DNA from: Roseibacillus sp.
GTDB lineage: Bacteria > Verrucomicrobiota > Verrucomicrobiia > Verrucomicrobiales > Akkermansiaceae
NCBI GenBank assembly: GCA_051251855.1
Contig: JBPOGI010000003.1
Location: 96,001-160,000 of the forward strand
Direction of reading: 5' to 3'
Length of the DNA: 64,000 bases
A program made the translations under genes and the position numbers. Below the pieces are notes generated by a model. It was not told where the DNA came from. It did not search any database and saw only the letters and a program-made list of their open reading frames with translations. This document shows, piece after piece, positions 9,660 through 19,086 of this stretch. Position 1 is the stretch's first letter. Each line of letters opens with the position of its first letter.

Positions 9660-10913
9660 ATGGAAGAGTCAAAGTCAGTGGTGGTTGTTGGAGGTGGCGT
9701 GGTAGGCTTGTGTTGTGCCTACTATCTCGCGAAGGCGGGTCGAGAAGTGACGGTGCTGGAGCGGGACTCTTCGCTACTGTCGGGTTGTTCGGTAGGCAAT
9801 GCTGGGATGATCGTTCCGAGTCACTTTGTGCCGTTGGCGGCCCCGGGGGTGATTGGGCAGGGGCTGAAGTGGATGATGAATCCGAGCAGTCCTTTCTATT
9901 TGCGGCCGCGATTGGATTTCGATTTGGCGCGTTGGATCTGGCTCTTCTTTCGCCATGCCAACGCTGGGCATGTAAAGAGGAGCGAGGTCTTGTTGCGTGA
10001 CTTGGGCTTGGAAAGCCGGCGTCTGCATACCGAAATGGCGAGGGCAGAAGGCTATCGCTTGGAGCAGCGGGGTTTGTTGATGCTTTGTCAATCTCAGAAG
10101 GGGATGGAGGAAGAGGGGGAGATGGCGCAGGAGGCCAGGCGGTTGGGCTTGGGGGCTAAGGTGATTGGGTTCCATGATCTGCATGATTTTGAGCCCGAGG
10201 CTGAGGTGAATGCCTTGGGGGGAGTCTGGTTTGAGCAGGATTGCCATCTTTCTCCTTCGGATTTTATTGCGGGATTGCGCTCGGGAATCTCCTTGGCGGG
10301 TGGAAAGTTCATTCGCGGGGAGGTCGCTGGTTTTGTAAAGTCAGGCGATCAGGTGGTTGGAGTGAAGACTGAAGAAGGAGATGCCTACGAAGGCGATAAG
10401 TTGGTGCTTGCAGGTGGGGTTGCGACCGTTGAGCTAGGCCGTGAGTTGGGGCTGAAGATGCCCATGCAGGGGGGAAAGGGGTATAGTTTGACTCTGAAGG
10501 AGCCTCGGAAGGAGCTGCAGCTTTGTAGTCTCTTGAAAGAGGGACGGGTGGCGGTGACCCCGATGGGGAAGACTCTGCGGGTGGCCGGAACGATGGAGAT
10601 TTGTGGGACGAACACTTCGCTGAGTCCAAGGCGGTTGGACGGGATTATCGAGTCATTCTGTCGCTTCTATCCGGACTTTGAGAAGAGTGACTTTGAGGGA
10701 GTGGAGCCTTGGGTGGGCCTGCGTCCGTGTTCACCGGATGGCTTGCCGTATTTGGGTGAGGTGCCTGAGCAATCGAGGGTCGTGGTCGCAACAGGTCACT
10801 CCATGTTGGGGCTGAGTCTGGCGCCGGTGACCGGTTGGTTGGTGGAAAAGTTGATTTCAGGGGAGGCGAGCCCGTTGGACCTGAGTCCTTTGGATACGGC
10901 GAGGTTTGGGTAG
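9660..10913 (+). CDS. FAD-dependent D-amino acid dehydrogenase (probable D-hydroxyproline dehydrogenase)
   Basis: VVVGGGVVG FAD motif, S.GNAG, GKGYS, GLRPCSPDGLP and GHSMLGLSLAP. Confidence 0.88.
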   Translation: MEESKSVVVVGGGVVGLCCAYYLAKAGREVTVLERDSSLLSGCSVGNAGMIVPSHFVPLAAPGVIGQGLKWMMNPSSPFYLRPRLDFDLARWIWLFFRHANAGHVKRSEVLLRDLGLESRRLHTEMARAEGYRLEQRGLLMLCQSQKGMEEEGEMAQEARRLGLGAKVIGFHDLHDFEPEAEVNALGGVWFEQDCHLSPSDFIAGLRSGISLAGGKFIRGEVAGFVKSGDQVVGVKTEEGDAYEGDKLVLAGGVATVELGRELGLKMPMQGGKGYSLTLKEPRKELQLCSLLKEGRVAVTPMGKTLRVAGTMEICGTNTSLSPRRLDGIIESFCRFYPDFEKSDFEGVEPWVGLRPCSPDGLPYLGEVPEQSRVVVATGHSMLGLSLAPVTGWLVEKLISGEASPLDLSPLDTARFG

Positions 10914-10928
10914 GATTCGGTTGGTCGT

Positions 10929-10954
10929 TCAGGGACGGAAATGTCCTCGCTTCC
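10929..10954. repeat. degenerate REP-like palindrome (similar to 49608-49632)
   Basis: tcagggacggaaatgtcctcgcttcc versus tcagggacaggaatgtccctgctcc. Confidence 0.5.
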
Positions 10955-11028
10955 GGGGGGGAATGAAGTTGGTAACTTACTGCTCTTTTCTCTTTTTCAG
11001 TTGATGGGAGTGGCTAGGTTTTTTCCAG

Positions 11029-11427
11029 ATGAAGGAAGAGCCAAAATTATTGGGTAAGTCGGAGAATGCATTGCCCACCGAGCCCTCAAGGGAGATTTTG
11101 GACCGATTTGAGAATTGTCGGCCAGGCCGCGATTATTGGATTCATCTCGATGCTCCTGAGTTTTCCTCCTTATGTCCAGTAACAGGGCAGCCAGATTCTG
11201 CGCATGTGGTGATTCGATATCGGCCGGGGAAGTGGTGTGTGGAGACGAAGTCTTTGAAGTTCTATTTAGCATCGTGGCGGAACACGGCTTCCTTCAATGA
11301 GGAGGTCATAAATACCATTTTGGATGATTTGGTAGCGGTTTGTGAACCCACGGAGATGGAGATTCGAGGCGCCTTTGGGGCGCGTGGGGGGATTTCGCTG
11401 ACAGTGGAAGTGCGACACCAAGGTTAG
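11029..11427 (+). CDS. queF: NADPH-dependent preQ0 reductase, type I
   Basis: PEFSSLCPVTGQPD, VETKSLKFYL, FNEE and RGGIS motifs. Confidence 0.92.
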   Translation: MKEEPKLLGKSENALPTEPSREILDRFENCRPGRDYWIHLDAPEFSSLCPVTGQPDSAHVVIRYRPGKWCVETKSLKFYLASWRNTASFNEEVINTILDDLVAVCEPTEMEIRGAFGARGGISLTVEVRHQG

Positions 11428-11468
11428 GTAGCATTGCCAAGGAAGGATGGTTTGGGTATCTTAATGAG

Positions 11469-12746
11469 ATGGAACAACCTCCTTTGATTGATGTCGAGCC
11501 GGAAGATGGTGGGAAATCCCGGTTGATGGGTTGTGCTGGGTGCCTCGGAAGATTGATTCCATTGGCGGCTGGATTCATGCTGCTTGCCATTATTCTTATG
11601 GGACTTGCGCTCTTTATTTGGGGAGGAGACCTCGAAAGAAAAGGGGAAGAGGGATTGGTTGGAACGGAAGCGGTTCAAAAGGAGAAGAAGGGATTCGCTG
11701 GCGTGATGGAGAAAGTGAAGAGGGTGATAAAAGGAGAAAAAGCTGGGCCAAAGGTGGCGGCTGAAGCTGGAGGAAAAGCTGTGGTCAGTGGAGAAGGCGG
11801 CGTTGGGGATGCCGGTCAAGCCGCTGGTGGTGGTGCCGGAGGAGCACAGGGGGCAGCAGGTAATTCCCTGGGGGGAGCGGTGGAAAAGAGCACGGCGCTG
11901 GCAGAGTCTATTGGAGCGGAAGGCAAGTCTCCTGCCGAGCGTGATCGTTTGTTGAAGGAGAAGTTTGGTCATATGGAAGAGGATCGTTCCCAAGGTGGGA
12001 GCGGGGAGGCTGTGACCGGTAATACCTCTGACGGAGGAGGTGTCGGACAAGCCGGAGGTGGTGGAGGCTCCTCTGTGGTGAGCGGTGATGAGTTGGAGGC
12101 GGCTCGCAAAGCGCTGGCTGGTGGTGGTGGTAGCCCTGGGATGGAGTTGCCGGCCTTTGGAGAAGGAGAAGGGACGGGTTCAGAGCTAACAGCAGAGGCG
12201 GAAAAGAAGGCCCGTGTAGCTCTGGGTGCCGCAGGTGCGGGTAGTGGAGCAGGTCTTGCAAAAGGGGTTCAAGCGATTCCAAAGCGTCGGGGAGGGAGTT
12301 TCGGTTCTTCAACTGGAGCGGCGACAGCGACGGGAACGAGAAGTCAGTATCAGAGGTGGCGGGGCGATTTTTCAACGTCTGGGAGTGATTTGGAGTTTGA
12401 GGTCATTTATCAAGAGGCAGGTGGGCAACTTCAGTTTCGCTGCTTCGTGATGCCCTATGATGCTCAAACGGCAAAACTTTTCAGCGCGGATAAGGGTGAT
12501 TTTCTTTTGTCCTTCCGTGATGAAGACGGGCAAAGGCTCGTCCCTGCCGAGGGAGATTTGGCGATTCCGTTGACTCAGTTGACGGCCTTTGAAGCCCAAG
12601 GGAAGGTAACGGGTTGGGTTGCCAGAGGAATGATTCCTCTCAACTCTCAGGAGTTGTCGAACCTTAAGTCCGTGAAGTTGGGTTGGGATTTCGACAAAGA
12701 CCTAGGCGACTGGCTCAAAGAGCTAAAAACGAGCCGAGGTAAGTAA
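11469..12746 (+). CDS. membrane-anchored hypothetical protein with long Gly/Ala-rich linker
   Basis: N-terminal TM, low-complexity middle region, globular C-terminal ~130 aa. Confidence 0.65.
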   Translation: MEQPPLIDVEPEDGGKSRLMGCAGCLGRLIPLAAGFMLLAIILMGLALFIWGGDLERKGEEGLVGTEAVQKEKKGFAGVMEKVKRVIKGEKAGPKVAAEAGGKAVVSGEGGVGDAGQAAGGGAGGAQGAAGNSLGGAVEKSTALAESIGAEGKSPAERDRLLKEKFGHMEEDRSQGGSGEAVTGNTSDGGGVGQAGGGGGSSVVSGDELEAARKALAGGGGSPGMELPAFGEGEGTGSELTAEAEKKARVALGAAGAGSGAGLAKGVQAIPKRRGGSFGSSTGAATATGTRSQYQRWRGDFSTSGSDLEFEVIYQEAGGQLQFRCFVMPYDAQTAKLFSADKGDFLLSFRDEDGQRLVPAEGDLAIPLTQLTAFEAQGKVTGWVARGMIPLNSQELSNLKSVKLGWDFDKDLGDWLKELKTSRGK

Positions 12747-12804
12747 TTCTTAGGCAGCGTTCATTCACCGCATGTTAGCGGTCCGATTCAGCGTAGAGAC
12801 ATTT

Positions 12805-13566
12805 ATGAAGATAATTTTAAAATCGATGGTGGTGTTGGCGAGTGTAAGCCTCGTTTTAGCAGAGCCTCAGAAAGAGGTCGAAGAAGGTGAGTGGGTCAGC
12901 CTGTTCAATGGGAAAGACCTCACGGGATGGACCCCTAAGTTCAAGGGCTACGCGTTGGGTGAAAATGCGAAGGAGACCTTCCGTGTTGAGGATGGTCTCT
13001 TGAAGGTGAGCTATGATAATTATGAGGAGTGGGGAGAACTCTTTGGCCATCTGTTCTACGAGCGAGAGCTGTCGCACTATAAATTGCGGGTGGAGTATCG
13101 CTTCGTAGGCGAGCAGGTGGCGAAGGGGCCAGGCTGGGCATGGCGGAACAATGGAGTGATGATCCATGGTCAATCAGCAGAAAGCATGGCAAAGGATCAG
13201 GATTTCCCTGATAGCATCGAGGTGCAGTTGCTCGGCGGCGATGGCAAGAAGGAGCGGCCCAATGGGAACGTTTGTTCGCCTGGAACTCAGATTTTCTTCG
13301 GAGGTCAGGTTGATAAGCGGCATTGCATCAAGAGTAGCTCGAAAACGTTTCATGGAGACCAATGGGTCACCTTGGAGATCGAGGCTCATGGCAGCGAGAA
13401 GATCATTCATCGAGTGAATGGGGAGGTTGTTTTCGAGTATCAGTATCCGCAGAAGAATGATGGCACTTTGCTGGAGGGTGGTTCGATTTCCTTACAGGCG
13501 GAGAGCGCACCGATCGAGTTTCGGAAAATTGAGCTCTTGGAGCTGCCGAAGCCGGATAAGAAGTGA
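12805..13566 (+). CDS. DUF1080 (3-keto-disaccharide hydrolase family) protein
   Basis: Signal peptide; W.SLFNGKDLTGW, NNGVM and G.ISLQAE..PIEFRKI. Confidence 0.88.
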   Translation: MKIILKSMVVLASVSLVLAEPQKEVEEGEWVSLFNGKDLTGWTPKFKGYALGENAKETFRVEDGLLKVSYDNYEEWGELFGHLFYERELSHYKLRVEYRFVGEQVAKGPGWAWRNNGVMIHGQSAESMAKDQDFPDSIEVQLLGGDGKKERPNGNVCSPGTQIFFGGQVDKRHCIKSSSKTFHGDQWVTLEIEAHGSEKIIHRVNGEVVFEYQYPQKNDGTLLEGGSISLQAESAPIEFRKIELLELPKPDKK

Positions 13567-13612
13567 TTCCTTATTCTATTCAGGAAGCCTGTCCTGTGTT
13601 TGATTACTGGCG

Positions 13613-15136
13613 ATGGAGGCTGCGAAAGAATTAGAGGAGCTGTTGAGCCGTGGGGTGAGACAGTTTGTGGTTTGTGGAGGCGCGCGCAACGCGGCGATTC
13701 TCGAGTGGTTGTCGGTGGTTGAGGGAGCGGAAGTTTTTTCGCACTTTGAGGAACGCGGCGCGGGGTTTTTCGCAGTGGGGCGGACGATGGTCACGGGGGA
13801 GCCTTGTGCGGTGGTGGTGACGAGTGGAACAGCGGTGGCGGAGTTACTGCCGGCGGTGATTGAGGCGTTCTATCAGCAACGGCCGCTAGTGGTGATTTCG
13901 GCGGATCGACCGGAAAGCTTTCGAGGCTCGGGGGCTCCGCAGGCGATTGAGCAGGAAGGGATTTTTGGAAGCTATGCGGCGGAGAAGATTTCGTTCTGGG
14001 AGGGGCAGGGACCTCTTCACTTGAATTTGCCTCTAGAGGAGGATGAAGATTTAGGTTCTCCGGGTGTTGTGGAAGAGTATTCGGTGGTGCGGGCGAGCTT
14101 TAATGTCGCTCCCTTGGCGCAGTGGTTGCGAAAGGGTGTCTTTAAGGGGGTAGTCGTTTTGGTGGGTGGTTTGGATGAGGGTGACCGGGAGGAAGTCTTC
14201 TACTTTTGCCAAAATTTAGGAGCCCCAGTGATTGCGGATGCGACCAGCGGTTTAAGGGAAGCTCTCGGGGATTTGTGTTTGGTGGATGGAGACCGTATTC
14301 TGCGAGAGAATACTCCGGGGAAGGTGCTTCGGATTGGCGAAGTGCCGGTGGGACGTTTTTGGAGGGACTTGGAGGAGCTGCCTGAGGTGGAGGTTTTCTC
14401 GGTAACGCGGAGTGGGTTCTCGGGCTTAGCGCGGGAAAGCGAGATGATTCAGGGAGAACCCTCGCGGGTGATTCGAGGGTTGGGTGAAGTGGATGAAGTG
14501 GGTGATGTCTTGGAACTCCTACCGGTTGGTCGTCGTCGTGAGAATCGTGGGGATGAGCTGTTAGAAGCGTATCCCGATTCCGAGCCTTCGCTCCTGCGGG
14601 TGCTTTCTCTTTTTGCGGCTCAGGGAGATTCGGTCTTTCTGGGAAATAGTCTGCCTATCCGCGAGTGGAACGATTTTGCGCAGCGCGAACAACCGGTGAC
14701 TTTGGTGCGTGGATGTCGGGGGGCGAATGGAATTGATGGCCAGATTTCGGCGTGGCTAGGATCGACGGTGGAGGAGGGGAGAGCGTGGGGAGTATTTGGA
14801 GATGTGACGGCGCTTTATGATTTGGCGGCTCCTCATTTGCTCAAGCATGTTGAGCAGGAGGAGAGGGTCTTGGTGGTGCTCAATAATGATGGCGGTCGTA
14901 TCTTTGAGCAGTTGCCACGGCTCAATGGGATGAGTGAGTCGGCGCGCGAGTGGATGACGACCCCTCATGGGCGCAGTCTTGAACAGTGGGCTGCGATGTG
15001 GGGTTTGGGGTATCATCGTGCGACTTGCCGAGAGGATTTGGATTGCCTCGAGAGTTTAGAAGAAGGAACGTCGGTTATCGAAATCGTCCCGAGCGAGAAG
15101 CAGACGGCTGATTTTTGGACTGATTGGAACCGATAG
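13613..15136 (+). CDS. menD: SEPHCHC synthase (ThDP-dependent)
   Basis: GARN, EERGAGFFA.G, TSGTAVAELLPAVIEA, SADRP, GNSLPIR, RGANGIDG and NNDGGRIF. Confidence 0.9.
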   Translation: MEAAKELEELLSRGVRQFVVCGGARNAAILEWLSVVEGAEVFSHFEERGAGFFAVGRTMVTGEPCAVVVTSGTAVAELLPAVIEAFYQQRPLVVISADRPESFRGSGAPQAIEQEGIFGSYAAEKISFWEGQGPLHLNLPLEEDEDLGSPGVVEEYSVVRASFNVAPLAQWLRKGVFKGVVVLVGGLDEGDREEVFYFCQNLGAPVIADATSGLREALGDLCLVDGDRILRENTPGKVLRIGEVPVGRFWRDLEELPEVEVFSVTRSGFSGLARESEMIQGEPSRVIRGLGEVDEVGDVLELLPVGRRRENRGDELLEAYPDSEPSLLRVLSLFAAQGDSVFLGNSLPIREWNDFAQREQPVTLVRGCRGANGIDGQISAWLGSTVEEGRAWGVFGDVTALYDLAAPHLLKHVEQEERVLVVLNNDGGRIFEQLPRLNGMSESAREWMTTPHGRSLEQWAAMWGLGYHRATCREDLDCLESLEEGTSVIEIVPSEKQTADFWTDWNR

Positions 15137-15183
15137 GGAAATTCTTTTCGAATAGATTCTGAAACGGGTGCGTCCATTGTTTT

Positions 15184-15510
15184 GTGAAGGCGAAAGCGAT
15201 CAAATCAACTGGACTGGCCTGCGTGGCAATCATGTTAGCTTCTTGTGCGAGCAATCCCAACTACAGCAACAACAATAGTTATGGGGGAGGTTATCCTAAT
15301 AGTGGTGGCATTGACGCTACTAAGACTGCAGCTCTCGTCGCAGCTGGTATTGCGGGTCTCTCTCTTTATCACTACGGCAAGGAGAAGGATAAACGAAAGG
15401 ACGCGGAGCGTGCTTATGCCAATCGTCACAACGAGCGAAATTGGGGCTATAATAATGGCTATGGTTACAACCGTGATCAGCGCGGTAATACGCGTCGAGG
15501 GGGATGGTAG
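15184..15510 (+). CDS. small lipoprotein, Asn/Gly/Tyr-rich
   Basis: Lipobox MLASC; hydrophobic AALVAAGIAG segment. Confidence 0.65.
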   Translation: MKAKAIKSTGLACVAIMLASCASNPNYSNNNSYGGGYPNSGGIDATKTAALVAAGIAGLSLYHYGKEKDKRKDAERAYANRHNERNWGYNNGYGYNRDQRGNTRRGGW

Positions 15511-15563
15511 TTGCTCGTCCTAGGTTGCTCGGACAGTGAAAGCTTGTTCCTCAGCGGCGCGTT

Positions 15564-16367
15564 ATGAAGGGGATGAGATCCTTCCTGACGTTATTTTTCT
15601 CTTTGTCTATCTGGTGTCCTTTGGTTGGTGCCAAGGAAAGTTTTTCTCCAGAAATCTACCCCTTTTTTAATGGGTTGCCGAAGCTTTCTCTGGAAAAAGA
15701 GGGGGCCATGCTCAAGGAGTTGGGGTATGCGGGGGTGAGCCAAATCTATGGGGACGATGATAAGCTCGCGGAGCGAGTTGCGGTTTTTGAAGAACTTGGA
15801 GTGAAGGTTCTGAGTGTCTATCTGAGTGCGACAGACGTTCCTTTGCAGGCCGATGCGGTGCGATCGCTCGCGAATGGAGGTTTCATCGAGTTAACCGTTA
15901 AGAAGAAGACCCCTGGGATTGTTGAGTCGCTACGAAAAACTGCGGAGATGGCTGCGGGGTTGAATATTCGAGTCGTGCTTTATCCTCACTTTGGTGATGC
16001 CATTGCGACAATGGATGATGCGTTGGCATTGGCTGACGAGGTGAATCATCCAAATCTGGGAGTGATGTTTAATCTTTGCCACTATCTTCGTAGTGAGAAG
16101 GCTGAGGACCTGGAGGCAGCGATTGAGAAGGCTGGAGAGCGATTGTTTTTAGTGAGTACTAATGGAGCTGACTTGGATGGTAAGAATTGGACGACCTTAA
16201 TTCAGACTCTTGGAAAAGGCACTTTCCCACAAGAGCGGCTGATCGCGGCGTTGAAGAAAGTCGACTACCAAGGCCCAGTGACGTTGCAGTGTTACAATGT
16301 CCCGGGGGATAAGCGGGAGAATTTAGAAGCGTCGATCGAGGCGTGGAAAGAGCTTTTGAAGAAGTAG
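15564..16367 (+). CDS. sugar-phosphate isomerase/epimerase (xylose isomerase-like TIM barrel), exported
   Basis: Signal peptide; LYPH, NLGVMFNLCH, LGKG and Y.GPV.LQ motifs. Confidence 0.75.
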   Translation: MKGMRSFLTLFFSLSIWCPLVGAKESFSPEIYPFFNGLPKLSLEKEGAMLKELGYAGVSQIYGDDDKLAERVAVFEELGVKVLSVYLSATDVPLQADAVRSLANGGFIELTVKKKTPGIVESLRKTAEMAAGLNIRVVLYPHFGDAIATMDDALALADEVNHPNLGVMFNLCHYLRSEKAEDLEAAIEKAGERLFLVSTNGADLDGKNWTTLIQTLGKGTFPQERLIAALKKVDYQGPVTLQCYNVPGDKRENLEASIEAWKELLKK

Positions 16368-16369
16368 GC

Positions 16370-17089
16370 TTATTCTCGTCGTTGCCACTTGGTGACAAGG
16401 GCGACAGTCCATTGGAATTTGCGAGCGGTCTCGCGAATGAGGAAGGGCTCATTAGTCTCCTCTAACAGTTCGAAGTCTTGCCCTAGTTTTTCCTTGAGCC
16501 AATCGAGAGTGCTACCGCTGGGCCAGTTGCCTGGTGGGGTGAATTCCTCTAACCAGGTGCAAGGAGTGGCGAGGACGACTTCTCCACCTGAATTGACGAG
16601 AGAGGGGAGGCGATCGAGAAATTTCTGTGGCTCGGGAAGGCGGCAGATGAGGTTGGCGGCGAGGATGCGGTCAAAGGTTCCGAGGTCGGAGCGCAGGTTC
16701 ATGGCATCGCCTTGTTCGAAGTGACATCGGGTGAGGTCCAGACCAGAGGGTAAGGTTACGGTGAGTTCGGAATTAAGGTGCGCTTCTTCTAAGCGAGGGA
16801 TGGTGCACGAGCCCGACTTGATGCCTTCTGCGGCTTCTGCGAAGGCATGGGAGAAGTCGATGCCGATGACCTCTTGGCAACTACGAGACATCTCGTAGCT
16901 GGATCGACCGACAGCGCAGCCGACGTCGAGTCCTCGGCCAACTTCGCCCTCAGAGAAGTGGGCGGCGACTCGGACAGGGTAGTCGAGGGCTTCGCGAGGA
17001 CCGAACTCCCAAGGAAGAATTTCTTCGGGTTGCGCGAAGTGGAAGAGGAGATACTCGGCGAGGAGCTTGTCGGTTTCGTAAATGTTCAT
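16370..17089 (-). CDS. class I SAM methyltransferase, stand-alone OvoA C-terminal-like (putative mercaptohistidine N-methyltransferase)
   Basis: NIYETDKLLAEYLLFH, GLDVGCAVGRSS, GIDFS, QGDA.NL, ANLICRL..P..FL, PCTWLEEFT and PFLIRETARKFQ, recalled as OvoA methyltransferase-domain signatures. Confidence 0.8.
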   Translation of the reverse strand: MNIYETDKLLAEYLLFHFAQPEEILPWEFGPREALDYPVRVAAHFSEGEVGRGLDVGCAVGRSSYEMSRSCQEVIGIDFSHAFAEAAEGIKSGSCTIPRLEEAHLNSELTVTLPSGLDLTRCHFEQGDAMNLRSDLGTFDRILAANLICRLPEPQKFLDRLPSLVNSGGEVVLATPCTWLEEFTPPGNWPSGSTLDWLKEKLGQDFELLEETNEPFLIRETARKFQWTVALVTKWQRRE

Positions 17090-17098
17090 CGAATTGTT

Positions 17099-17482
17099 TT
17101 AGTGGACAGGGGCTTCGCCATTTTTGACGGCGTCTTCCTCGTAGTAAAAGTCGTTGTCGTCGTGCTTGGGGACTGGGATATTGACCAAGGTCATCTGGCC
17201 TACGGCACGATGGCGGCACCCTGGTTTGATGAGGACGGAGGACATAGGTTTGACGGGAATCATTTCGCCATCGAGTTCCAAGAAGCCTTCGCCTTCGAGA
17301 ATGAGATAGATTTCGGCGGTCTTTTGATGATAGTGGCAGACGGGTTCATCCTTCACCTTGAGGAGGTGAATAGAGGCGGGCGCATCCGGGAGATCGGCAA
17401 AGCCTCGGCGCGTGGTGCCGCAGCAGCATTCGATTTCAGGAAGTTCGTTGAGTTGGACTTTGTGATAGCGAGGTGAGGTCAT
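17099..17482 (-). CDS. cupin domain protein
   Basis: HYH...EIYLILEGEG...IKPGCRH cupin metal motifs; N-terminal CCCG. Confidence 0.85.
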   Translation of the reverse strand: MTSPRYHKVQLNELPEIECCCGTTRRGFADLPDAPASIHLLKVKDEPVCHYHQKTAEIYLILEGEGFLELDGEMIPVKPMSSVLIKPGCRHRAVGQMTLVNIPVPKHDDNDFYYEEDAVKNGEAPVH

Positions 17483-17545
17483 ATTGATGATCTTTTACCA
17501 CGAAGGACACAAAGTTCACGAAGAACAATTGAGATTCGTGGAATC

Positions 17546-17580
17546 AAAAAGAGCACCAAAGCTTCGTGACTTTGGTGCCC
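17546..17580 (-). terminator. intrinsic terminator downstream of the M29-like gene
   Basis: Minus strand reads GGGCACCAAAG-TCACGAAG-CTTTGGTGCTC-TTTTT. Confidence 0.75.
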
Positions 17581-17608
17581 TTCGTTTTTAAAATTTTCCT
17601 AACCAACC

Positions 17609-18817
17609 TTAGCCAGAGATAGCGTCGATGATGAAGCGACTAGGGCGGAAATTCTCGATGATGACTTCCTGCTGGTCGCCGCGATTCATACGGACTTCTT
17701 TGACGTTAAAGTTGGGCGTTTTGTGGGGAGCAAAAAGGATGTCGTCGTGAGTAGAATTCTCATGCTTTTTGAACATGTCAGGCACGATGTCACCACCGAG
17801 ATGGTCGTCGCGTCCGGTAGCGAGATGGCAGGTGCCGAGCACCTTCTCATCCTGAATATCTTGGTAGGAAACGGGGAGGACTTGGGTGCCGAAGCCGAGT
17901 TCGCCTAGGGTCCCAGTCATGGGGTCGTCAGCGAGGCGGGCATTGTGCTCGTCGATGGTGGCTTGGTTGCCTTCGATGAGAGTGGACTTGACGACGTCGC
18001 GATTGACGACGTCGAGCACGCCGAGGGTGCCGTCCTCATATTTCATAGGAAATTGGCCGTTGGCATCATTGGGGACATAGTAGATTTCGCCGGCGGGAAG
18101 ATTGGCAATGTCAGGTTTGGTGCCTTGGCAGAGACCATGTGATTTTTGGGCGTCTTGGCCACCAAGCTCGAGCTTTGCGGTGAGAATGGTGCCGTCCTCG
18201 AGTCCAAAGTCGATCTCGATAGAATCGGGATTGTTCATGGCGAGGCGGATTTTTTCGGCGTCGGCGGAGACTTCCTCGTAGTCAACGGCGAGGCCAGACC
18301 CAAGAATGACGTCGTTCATGCCGTGCATGGTAGCGCCGCGGAAGTTGAACTCTTTGCATTTAGCGGTGAGGGGGGCAGTGGCGGACCAAGTGGAGATACA
18401 GAGGACGATGTCGTATTCGGTGTAGATGTCCTTATCGAGAGAAAGCTCATTACCGTCGGTGTCCCAGACCTCGTCTTTCATATCGAGATTGGAACCGTAG
18501 GTGTAGCGATAGGCGAACATTTCGCCGCCAGTCATTCCGAGTTCGTCGAGAACACCTTCCTTGAGTCCTTCGTAGAAATATTTGTAAGCATTTTTCTGAA
18601 CCTCGAATCCTTCCTCAGAGAGGAAATTGAAGTTAGTGATGAGGTCTTTCGGTTCTTCGAAATCGGTCAAAATACAGACTTTGCATCCTTGTGTAGGCTT
18701 GAAAACAGTATCGAGGAGCCGAGCGAGGTCGAAGGCTGGGAATTCACGCCTCTCAGGGTTGAGAAGAATTTCTTCGGAGAGGTATTCGGGTAAAGTGGTC
18801 GGGGTCGAGTTGGCCAT
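17609..18817 (-). CDS. peptidase M29 / aminopeptidase T-like metalloprotein
   Basis: NLPAGEIY..P, LGELGFG, DEKVLGTCHLATG and H.DI motifs. Confidence 0.65.
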   Translation of the reverse strand: MANSTPTTLPEYLSEEILLNPERREFPAFDLARLLDTVFKPTQGCKVCILTDFEEPKDLITNFNFLSEEGFEVQKNAYKYFYEGLKEGVLDELGMTGGEMFAYRYTYGSNLDMKDEVWDTDGNELSLDKDIYTEYDIVLCISTWSATAPLTAKCKEFNFRGATMHGMNDVILGSGLAVDYEEVSADAEKIRLAMNNPDSIEIDFGLEDGTILTAKLELGGQDAQKSHGLCQGTKPDIANLPAGEIYYVPNDANGQFPMKYEDGTLGVLDVVNRDVVKSTLIEGNQATIDEHNARLADDPMTGTLGELGFGTQVLPVSYQDIQDEKVLGTCHLATGRDDHLGGDIVPDMFKKHENSTHDDILFAPHKTPNFNVKEVRMNRGDQQEVIIENFRPSRFIIDAISG

Positions 18818-19086
18818 TACGCAACGAAGTTAAAAGCAAATGCTTGCTGCGCAAGGGAAGTTTTTAAACGATTTTTAAGACTGGTGACGTTAGTGCCTGC
18901 CTTGGGAATTTTTAAGAAAGCTTCCTTTTTGAGGGGCTCAAATTCACAGCGTTTGAGCGCTAGAAGAAGACCAAGAGGATATGGATTGGGGCTCCAGGAA
19001 GCCGGTCCTGAGCCTTTTAGGGCTTTCGGTGGAGGCTTGTAAAAGACAATGCTCCTCATTGGACGGGCGGTTCCCGTGAATCGTGA

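Noticed and set aside
10914..11028. preQ1 riboswitch upstream of queF
   Set aside because: No recognisable preQ1 aptamer (stem plus A-rich tail); the hairpin present matches the REP-like repeat instead.
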